A DNA stretch of 56,419 bases, taken from NCBI GenBank assembly GCA_016190945.1, contig JACPPO010000088.1, positions 1 through 56,419 on the forward strand, given 5' to 3'. Shown in pieces: positions 9,003 to 15,703 of this stretch (within the stretch, counting starts at the first letter, position 1; every line of letters begins with the position of its first letter). The translations under genes were made by a program, and so were the position numbers. The stretch comes from Acidobacteriota bacterium (lineage in GTDB: Bacteria; Acidobacteriota; Vicinamibacteria; Vicinamibacterales; UBA2999). The notes beneath the pieces were generated by a model. The model saw nothing but the letters and a program-made list of their open reading frames with translations, did not search any database and was not told the DNA's origin.

Positions 9003-9838
9003 GCGTTGAGGCGCCGGCAACCGCGCTGACTTCCCGCGAGCGGCGCCTCCACGACCTTCTGGCGTCGTTCGATTCCGTAATCGTGGCGTTCAGTGGCGGG
9101 GTTGACAGCGCCTACCTCGCATGGGCCGCCACCCAGCGCCTCGGTCCCGCCGCGCTGTGTGTGACCGCCGACAGTCCCAGTTACCCCGACCACCATCGGC
9201 GGCTTGCGCTTCGGATCGCGCGTGAATTCGGCTTGCATCACGAGTTCGTCCGTACGGCGGAAATGGAGCGGCCGGAGTACCGCGCCAACCCGGTCGATCG
9301 GTGCTATCACTGCAAACACGAGCTGTACGCGGTCCTCTCCAGCCTGGCCGCCGCGCGCGGCATACCCGCCATGGTCGACGGCAGCAATGCGGACGATCGC
9401 GGCGACTATCGGCCGGGGCGGAAGGCGGCGCGCGAGTTCGGCGTGCGCAGTCCGCTCGATGAGTCGGATCTGACCAAAGCGGATATTCGCGAACTGTCGC
9501 GCCTCGCCGGCCTGCCGACCTGGGATGAGCCTGCGTCCGCGTGCCTCTCGTCGCGGATTCCGTACCACTCCGAGGTGACGGGCGAGAAGCTCCGGATGAT
9601 CGAGCGCGCCGAGACCGTGCTGAGAGATCTCGGCTTTCGCGTGTGCCGCGTGCGGCATCACGACACGCTTGCGCGGCTGGAGATTGGCCTCGACCAGATG
9701 CGGCGCGCGCTCGATCCCAATGTGCGCGAGCGGATCGTGCGGGAACTCCGCGCGATTGGCTACGAGCACGTTGCAATCGACCCGCGGGGGTATAGGATGG
9801 GCAGCTTGAATGAAGGTGTCCGTCTCCGTCCAGCCTAA
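8999..9838 (+). CDS. larE: LarE-like PP-loop ATP pyrophosphatase (COG1606 family sulfur transferase)
   Basis: PP-loop AFSGGVDSAYLA, a conserved ACLSSRIPY cysteine box and a CYHC pair. The GTG start overlaps the zinc-ribbon stop (GTGA). Confidence 0.75.
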   Translation: MSVEAPATALTSRERRLHDLLASFDSVIVAFSGGVDSAYLAWAATQRLGPAALCVTADSPSYPDHHRRLALRIAREFGLHHEFVRTAEMERPEYRANPVDRCYHCKHELYAVLSSLAAARGIPAMVDGSNADDRGDYRPGRKAAREFGVRSPLDESDLTKADIRELSRLAGLPTWDEPASACLSSRIPYHSEVTGEKLRMIERAETVLRDLGFRVCRVRHHDTLARLEIGLDQMRRALDPNVRERIVRELRAIGYEHVAIDPRGYRMGSLNEGVRLRPA

Positions 9839-12083
9839 GGTCACCTACATCCTCGCCGCGGCGTATCTCGCCGCACACCTTCCATATCTCGCGCCGTCGC
9901 TCGAGGACATCGATTCGATCAACTACGCCCTGGGCCTCCGCGATTTCGATCTCGCGCGTCATCAGCCGCACCCTCCCGGTTCGCCCGTCTACATCGCGCT
10001 CGGCCGAGCGCTGCTGATGCCGGTCTCGAGCGGCTGGCCGTCGCTCGGCCGGACCGCCGCCGAAGCCCTGACGCTCGGCATCTTGTCTGTGGTCGCGGGT
10101 GCCATCGCCATTGTGGCCGTCGCCCGGATATTTGCGGCGTTGGATGGAGACCCGGCTAAACATCAGCCGCCACGTTCTCGGCACCTTGTGCTCTGGGCCA
10201 CGGCGCTCCTCGCGGTGGCCCCACTGTTCTGGCTGTCAGGGCTGCGCCCCATGAGCGACTTGCCTGGGCTCGCCTTCGCACTTGTCGCGCAGCGGTTGAT
10301 TCTCCAGGGAAGAAGCGATCGTCGTCGGCTCATTCACGGTGCGCTTGCAAGCGGACTTGCCGCCGGCATTCGGGTGCAGACCGCGTGCCTCACGATTCCG
10401 CTGCTTGGCTTCGCGCTGGTTCGTCACCGGCGCGCGGGAGCCCGGTGGCTCCTGACGCGCCCGGTTGCGGCGCTCGCCGCTGGAGGTCTCGTCTGGGCCG
10501 TGCCGCTCGTCGCCGACAGCGGAGGCGTGGCTGGCTATCTGCGCGCGTTGGGCGCGCAGGCCGGTGAGGATTTCGCGTGGGTGAACATGCTCTGGCTGGA
10601 ACCGACGCCTCGCCGGCTCGCCTTCGCCCTGTACGAGACGTTCATCCTGCCGTGGGGCTCGCTTTCGCTGGCGGCGGCGATTGGCGCCGCGGCGGTTCTT
10701 GGCACCTTCGTGATGGTCCTCCGCGAAGGAAGCGCACTCGTCGTACTGCTGGTGGCCTTTGGACCGTATATCGCATTTCATCTGCTGTTTCACGACACAA
10801 TCGAGGTCAGGTACGCTCTCCCGATCTTGCCGTTGGTCGCCTGCCTGGCGGCGCGAGGCCTGAGCGCGGCCGGTCGATTTACGCCCATCGTGGCGACGCC
10901 GCTCGTTGCCGGAGCGCTCATTGTCTCGGTTCCGGTCGGCCTCGCGTATGGCCGCGCCGCCCACCCTGCGTTTCAGGCGATCGCTGACGCGCAGCGCCGC
11001 GCGCGCACGACGCCGCCCGCGGCGGTGTACTCGCATTACAGTCTTTGGCGCGCACTGCAGGCGGAGCCAGGCGCGCTGCCGCTGGTTGAACCACGCCGGC
11101 AGTATGAGTGGCTAGGCCCTGTTGCCTATTGGAAAGACGGCGGTGCCGGTCCGATCTGGTTTCTGGCAGACCCTCGGAGGACCGACCTGGCGCTGATCGA
11201 TCCGCGGGCCCGCCTGGACGTCGCCCGCTACCGATGGGCGGTTGCGGACCGGCCGGAGCTGGGCGGAACGCGACCGGCAGGAGCCGAGTGGTACCGGATT
11301 GCCCCGCCGGGCTGGTTTGCGGGCGAAGGCTGGTCGCTCACGCCGGAAACGGGCGGCCTGGCCCGGGTGGCTGCGGCCGGGCCGGATCATCGCCCCATCG
11401 AGGCCTGGGTGCGGCGGCGGCCAGGCCCGCTCCATCTCTTCGTCGGGGGGCGGCACTTGGGGGAGCGCGGCGATCCGGCCGCCGAATTCCAGCTTACGCT
11501 CGATGAAGTGGTCCGCGACCGCTGGACGCTGACCTTCGATGAGCGCAATTTCCTTCGCTTCCTGGATATTCCTGAAGGGATCGCACCAGGCACTGGAGGT
11601 TATGCCCGGCTGGCCATCACCTCCCGCAGCGGCGGCGGCGACCACCGCCGCGCGGCCGTCGGCGTGCGACAGTTCGACATTCAGTCTGCAGGCCACATGC
11701 TCTACGCATTCGGCGAAGGATGGCACGAGGAAGAGTACGACGCGGTCACCGGCCGGCGTTGGCGCTGGACCAGCGAGCGATCGGTGTTGCGGGTGAAGGG
11801 AGCGGCGGGCGCTGTGCGCATCACGATGCGTGGCGAATCACCGCTTCGCTATTTTGACGCCCCGCCTACCGTGCGCATCACCGCGGCCGGGCGCGTCATC
11901 GCCCAGTTCCAGCCGGATGCGGACTTTGAATGGGCCATCACGGTTCCCGCCGAGGACGTCGTCCGCGCCGCGGGGGGCATCGCTATCGAGACGGCCCCGG
12001 TGTACCTGCCGGGTCCGGCGGAGGGCACCGCTGACGAGCGGCGCCTCGGGCTGCGAGTCTACGAGTGCCAGGTCTCCCAGTGA
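9810..12083 (+). CDS. GT-C fold membrane glycosyltransferase-like protein (DUF2723/PMT-like) with a large C-terminal soluble domain
   Basis: N-terminal DSINYALGLRDFDLARHQPHPPGSPVYIALG resembles the DUF2723/GT39 first-loop motif. It has more than 10 predicted TM segments followed by ~300 soluble residues. It overlaps the larE-like end by 29 nt. Confidence 0.6.
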   Translation: MKVSVSVQPKVTYILAAAYLAAHLPYLAPSLEDIDSINYALGLRDFDLARHQPHPPGSPVYIALGRALLMPVSSGWPSLGRTAAEALTLGILSVVAGAIAIVAVARIFAALDGDPAKHQPPRSRHLVLWATALLAVAPLFWLSGLRPMSDLPGLAFALVAQRLILQGRSDRRRLIHGALASGLAAGIRVQTACLTIPLLGFALVRHRRAGARWLLTRPVAALAAGGLVWAVPLVADSGGVAGYLRALGAQAGEDFAWVNMLWLEPTPRRLAFALYETFILPWGSLSLAAAIGAAAVLGTFVMVLREGSALVVLLVAFGPYIAFHLLFHDTIEVRYALPILPLVACLAARGLSAAGRFTPIVATPLVAGALIVSVPVGLAYGRAAHPAFQAIADAQRRARTTPPAAVYSHYSLWRALQAEPGALPLVEPRRQYEWLGPVAYWKDGGAGPIWFLADPRRTDLALIDPRARLDVARYRWAVADRPELGGTRPAGAEWYRIAPPGWFAGEGWSLTPETGGLARVAAAGPDHRPIEAWVRRRPGPLHLFVGGRHLGERGDPAAEFQLTLDEVVRDRWTLTFDERNFLRFLDIPEGIAPGTGGYARLAITSRSGGGDHRRAAVGVRQFDIQSAGHMLYAFGEGWHEEEYDAVTGRRWRWTSERSVLRVKGAAGAVRITMRGESPLRYFDAPPTVRITAAGRVIAQFQPDADFEWAITVPAEDVVRAAGGIAIETAPVYLPGPAEGTADERRLGLRVYECQVSQ

Positions 12084-12091
12084 CGTCTTGA

Positions 12092-12120
12092 TTGACACGC
12101 GGCGGATCAGGACGTAAGCT
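12092..12120 (+). promoter_or_regulatory. Sigma70-like promoter candidate TTGACA-17-TAAGCT
   Basis: TTGACA at 12092-12097 and TAAGCT at 12115-12120. GGAG lies ~12 nt before the pal ATG. Confidence 0.5.
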
Positions 12121-12162
12121 CGTCCGAACTCGAAACGCAAGAAAACGCAGGAGAATCCGCTG

Positions 12163-12747
12163 ATGAGACTGCGCCGTTCGGTGCTGCTGACTACTGTTGC
12201 GCTGCTGATCGTTATGGTAATGGCGAACTGCTCGAGGAGAACGCCGCCTCCAGCGCCGCCACCGCCCGCACCGCCGCCTCCGGCCGCGACCCCGCCGCCG
12301 CCACCGCCGCCGCCACCGCCGCCACCGCCACCGGCCCCCGCACCGCCGCCAGCGCCGCTGACGGAGGACGAGATCTTCTCGCGGAAAACGCTCGCCGATC
12401 TGAACGCGGAGATGCCGCTCGGGGACGCCTTCTTCGACTTCGACATGTTCGCGATCCGGGATGATGCCCGGGCCACGCTGCAGAAGAACGCGGACTATCT
12501 GAGGCGCTGGGCGTCAACACGCGTGACGATTGAAGGTCACGCGGATTCGCGGGGCACCAACGAGTACAACCTGGGGCTTGGCGACCGCCGCGCCAATGCG
12601 GTCAGAGACTACCTGGCGAGTCTCGGGATCGCCGCCGACCGGATGCTGGCTGTGACCAGGGGTGAGGAAAGCCCGCAGTGCACCGAGGAAAACGAGACCT
12701 GCTGGCAGCGGAACCGGCGCGGGCACTTCGTCTTCACGGCGAAATAG
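12163..12747 (+). CDS. pal: Peptidoglycan-associated lipoprotein (OmpA-C family) with a poly-proline linker
   Basis: Lipobox VMANC, then ~40 residues of almost pure Pro/Ala, then an OmpA-like domain (TIEGHADSRGTNEYNLGLGDRRANAV). Confidence 0.85.
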   Translation: MRLRRSVLLTTVALLIVMVMANCSRRTPPPAPPPPAPPPPAATPPPPPPPPPPPPPPAPAPPPAPLTEDEIFSRKTLADLNAEMPLGDAFFDFDMFAIRDDARATLQKNADYLRRWASTRVTIEGHADSRGTNEYNLGLGDRRANAVRDYLASLGIAADRMLAVTRGEESPQCTEENETCWQRNRRGHFVFTAK

Positions 12748-12763
12748 AAAGGAAGAGAGAAGT

Positions 12764-12792
12764 GTAGGGGCGGACCTTCAGGTCCGCCCTAC
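12764..12792. terminator. GC-rich hairpin between convergent pal and pyrF (bidirectional terminator candidate)
   Basis: GTAGGGGCGGACC-TTCA-GGTCCGCCCTAC: a 9-bp perfect stem plus 3 bp after a 1-nt bulge. The pyrF stop (12778-12780) lies in the loop. Confidence 0.55.
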
Positions 12793-13500
12793 CGAAGCCA
12801 GCTCCTCGACAATCGCCTCCGCCGCTGCGCGCGGATCGGGCGCGGCGATGATCGGCCGCCCCACCACAATGTAGCTCGCGCCTGCCCGCAGCGCCTCCGC
12901 CGGCCCCATCGTCCTCGCTTGATCGTTTCGCTCGGTACCCGCTGACGCACTCCGGATTCCCGGCGTTACGATCAAGAACTGGTCGCCGCAGGCGTGTCGA
13001 ATCGCCGCGGTTTCCAGGGGCGAGGCAACGACACCATCCAGGCCGGCGGTCTGCGTCATCTTCGCCAGCGCCACGACCTGGTCGAGCGCGGAACGTTGTA
13101 TCCCCGTGCCACGCAGGCCGGCGTCGTCCATGCTCGTGAGTACGGTAACACCGATCAGGAGAGGTGGCGGACGTCGCAGCCGCTGCGCGGCGTCGCGGCC
13201 GGCTTGCGCGGCGGCCTGCATCATGGGGACGCCGCCAGACGCATGGACGTTCATCATCCATGCGCCCGTTCGCACGGCGGCGTCCACTGCCTGCGACACC
13301 GTGTTCGGAATGTCGTGAAACTTGAGGTCGAGGAACACGCGCGCGCCCAGGGCGCCAAGCTGTCGTACGAGGTCGGGGCCCTCGAGTGTGAAGAGACGGC
13401 TGCCGACCTTGAATCCGCCAGCGACGCCCTCGAGCGCCGAAGCCAAGTCGAGCGCGCGTTCACCGGTTTCGACGTCGAGCGCGACTAGGAGCTTATCCAC
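12778..13500 (-). CDS. pyrF: Orotidine 5'-phosphate decarboxylase
   Basis: VDKLLVALDV...FLDLKFHDIPNTV...VGRPI motifs. Start re-set to GTG 13500. The track ORF extends upstream into pyrD in another frame. Confidence 0.85.
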   Translation of the reverse strand: MDKLLVALDVETGERALDLASALEGVAGGFKVGSRLFTLEGPDLVRQLGALGARVFLDLKFHDIPNTVSQAVDAAVRTGAWMMNVHASGGVPMMQAAAQAGRDAAQRLRRPPPLLIGVTVLTSMDDAGLRGTGIQRSALDQVVALAKMTQTAGLDGVVASPLETAAIRHACGDQFLIVTPGIRSASAGTERNDQARTMGPAEALRAGASYIVVGRPIIAAPDPRAAAEAIVEELASVGRT

Positions 13501-14426
13501 TGCTTTTCGCGTGCGCTCGTGTCGAGCGTGCCCGTCAGGTCGCTGACGCGCGAGACGCCGTGGCGCTCGAGATACTGGCGGATCCCGTCCAGGAGCTTTG
13601 TGCAGATGAACGGGTCGACGAAGTTGGCCGTGCCGACCTGCACGGCGCTGGCGCCCGCGATCAGGAACTCCAGCGCATCGCCGGTCGAGGCGATGCCCCC
13701 CATCCCAATCACCGGAATCTGCACGGCGCGGCGGCACTCGTACACCATGCGTACGGCAATCGGCCGGATCGCGGGCCCGCTCAGTCCGCCGACGATGTTC
13801 GAGAGCCTGGGCCGCCGCGTCTCGACGTCGATGGCCATGGCGAGAAAAGTGTTGACCAGCGAGACGGCGTCGGCGCCAGCCTCCTCCGAGGCGCGGGCAA
13901 ACGAGGCGACATCCGTCACGTTCGGCGTCAATTTTGGAATCACGGGGAGGCGGGTCACCTTCCTGACCGCACTGACCACGTCAAAGGTGCCGTTCAGGCT
14001 GCACCCGAACGTGATGCCGCCTTCCTTGATGTTCGGACACGAAATATTGAGTTCGAGCGCAGCCACGCCGTCCGCGTCCGACAGGATGCGCGCAAGCTCC
14101 ACATATTCGTCGAGCGTGCTGCCACAGATGTTGACGATGACCGTGGCACGGCGCTCGCGCAGCTCCGGCAGTTTTTCCTTGATGAACCGATGAACGCCGA
14201 TGCCCTGGAGTCCGATGGCGTTGAGCATTCCCGCGGGGGTTTCAACGATCCGCTCCGGCGGATGTCCCTGGCGCTCGGCGAGAAACAAGCCTTTGACGGC
14301 AACGCCGCCCAGCAGCGACAGGTCGACGACCTCTCCATATTCGACGCCGTACCCGAAACATCCACTTGCCGCGATAACGGGGTTGGCAAGCTTGAGCGAT
14401 CCGATCTGGACGGAAAGATCCGGCAC
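13485..14426 (-). CDS. pyrD: Dihydroorotate dehydrogenase B (NAD+), catalytic subunit
   Basis: LKLANPVIAASGCFGYG, class 1B features, and it follows pyrK. I prefer GTG 14426 (MPDLSVQIG...). The track start at 14459 is a TTG inside the spacer repeat. Confidence 0.85.
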   Translation of the reverse strand: MPDLSVQIGSLKLANPVIAASGCFGYGVEYGEVVDLSLLGGVAVKGLFLAERQGHPPERIVETPAGMLNAIGLQGIGVHRFIKEKLPELRERRATVIVNICGSTLDEYVELARILSDADGVAALELNISCPNIKEGGITFGCSLNGTFDVVSAVRKVTRLPVIPKLTPNVTDVASFARASEEAGADAVSLVNTFLAMAIDVETRRPRLSNIVGGLSGPAIRPIAVRMVYECRRAVQIPVIGMGGIASTGDALEFLIAGASAVQVGTANFVDPFICTKLLDGIRQYLERHGVSRVSDLTGTLDTSAREKQWISS

Positions 14427-14430
14427 GCTA

Positions 14431-14495
14431 AATCCCAACTCCCAACTCCCAACGACCAAGTCCCAGTTGGGTTCTGGGACTCAGGATTCTGGATT
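14431..14495. repeat. Heptad-word hairpin in the pyrK-pyrD spacer (CCCAACT x3 / GTTGGGT TCTGGGA CTCAGGA TTCTGGA)
   Basis: Period-7 units read directly. The core is an 8-bp perfect stem, 14459-14466 with 14474-14481, around a 7-nt loop. Confidence 0.8.
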
Positions 14496-14503
14496 CGCTC
14501 ATG

Positions 14504-15457
14504 CTAGTCCCAGACAATATCGGCGCCCGCGAAAACCGGCCCGCCGATGCACGACCTGACGTAACGCCAACCGTCGCGGCCCTCCCGCACCGGAATCACG
14601 CAGCTGTAGCAGCCTCCAAGGCCACATCCCATTACGCGCTCTACCGACACCTGGGATGGCCGGCCGTACCTGGCCGCGAGGTGCGCGACGGCTTCGAGCA
14701 TCGGCTCGGGACCGCACGCGTAGATCGTGATGCTGCTTCCGGAGGGTTGACCGCCCCCGCCAAGGTCGGGTCGCTGTGCGCCCCGCCCGGCCAGTGTCGG
14801 CCGGGCGATCCGCTCTGGCGGATCCCCCCTGCGTTCCGCCGAAGCTTCAGACGAAGGCGGAAGGTCTCCGGCTGCCTTCTGGGGGCGTCCGGCGACCCGC
14901 AGTGCGCGCTCGAGGGGCACCGTGACGCGCCCGTGGTCTCCCACGCTGCCGTCTTCTGTCGCGAGCACCATCCGGACGCCTCGAGCCTGAAACCAGTCGA
15001 GATAGAACAGCTCGCGGCCGCTGCGCGCGCCGTAAAAGAGTGTGACCGTGGTGCCGCGACCGCGCAGCGCCTCGGTGAGCGTCGCGAAGGGCGCAAGCCC
15101 GACGCCGCCCGCAACCATCCACGCTTCGGCGGGCGGATCCAGCAGCTCGAACGGACGGCCGAGCGGCCCAAGACACGAGACGACATCGCCTTCCACGGCG
15201 TCAAACAGCATGCTTGTTGTCACGCCCACCCGCTTGCTGAGCAACGTCAGGCCGTCAACGTGCCCGTTGGTGCGCAGAACTTCAAAAACAGAGAAGGGCC
15301 GCCGCAGCAGCGGAGTGAACCCGCGGCCCAGCTTGACCATGACGAACTGGCCAGGGGCGGTGGAGGCGGCAATGTCTGGAGCGGCGAGCGCGATGACGTT
15401 GTAGTCCGGGGAGAGGCGCGTGTTGGCGATAACCCGTGCCTCGACGTCGACGGGCAT
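14504..15457 (-). CDS. pyrK: Dihydroorotate dehydrogenase electron-transfer subunit (FAD/[2Fe-2S]) carrying a ~55-aa in-frame insertion
   Basis: RPFSV FAD motif, GGVGLAP, and a C-terminal CGLGGCYSC...C cluster. Start set at ATG 15457 (MPVDVEARV). The product is 317 aa, against the roughly 260 aa I expect for this family from memory. Confidence 0.85.
   Translation of the reverse strand: MPVDVEARVIANTRLSPDYNVIALAAPDIAASTAPGQFVMVKLGRGFTPLLRRPFSVFEVLRTNGHVDGLTLLSKRVGVTTSMLFDAVEGDVVSCLGPLGRPFELLDPPAEAWMVAGGVGLAPFATLTEALRGRGTTVTLFYGARSGRELFYLDWFQARGVRMVLATEDGSVGDHGRVTVPLERALRVAGRPQKAAGDLPPSSEASAERRGDPPERIARPTLAGRGAQRPDLGGGGQPSGSSITIYACGPEPMLEAVAHLAARYGRPSQVSVERVMGCGLGGCYSCVIPVREGRDGWRYVRSCIGGPVFAGADIVWD
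14749..14880 (+). repeat. Dispersed double-hairpin repeat, copy A (inside pyrK)
   Basis: The 100-nt core 14764-14863 aligns with 41288-41386, mostly identical with one indel. It contains GATCCGC-TCTG-GCGGATC and CCGCC-N15-GGCGG hairpins. Confidence 0.85.
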
Positions 15458-15703
15458 TAAGGGGGAGTATACCGTTGGTTCAGAGGGTTCGGAGCCGCTA
15501 GAGTAAGCCGTGCGTAAGGGGCTCTCAACCCATTGTGGCAAACTCGTCCCGCGAACTCCTCTCGACGTGCCATCTGGCGGAGCACGGTGAAAACCTGGCC
15601 GCACCTGGCGTCTGCTGGTATAGCATCGTGCCTACTCCGACGGCCAACCTGGAAACGCCGGTTGACGCGAACCCGACCCCACGACCTGCTACGTGAAAAA
15701 AGC

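Noticed and set aside
7898-9844. 648-aa minus-strand ORF spanning the zinc-ribbon and larE-like genes
   Set aside because: Only the C-terminal 240 aa (REC-PilZ) looks like protein. The upstream part is Ser/Arg/Ala-rich shadow frame antisense to two well-supported plus-strand genes, which is typical of high-GC open frames.
11838-12476. 212-aa minus-strand ORF with a poly-Gly run
   Set aside because: This is the antisense reading of the Pal poly-proline (CCG)n tract and has no independent support.
15478-15560. PyrR-loop-like sequences near pyrK (GGTTCAGAGGGTT on the plus strand; GUCGAGAGGAG on the minus strand)
   Set aside because: The better match is on the wrong strand for pyrK. The minus-strand one lies ~100 nt upstream, probably outside the transcript, and has only a 4-bp stem.
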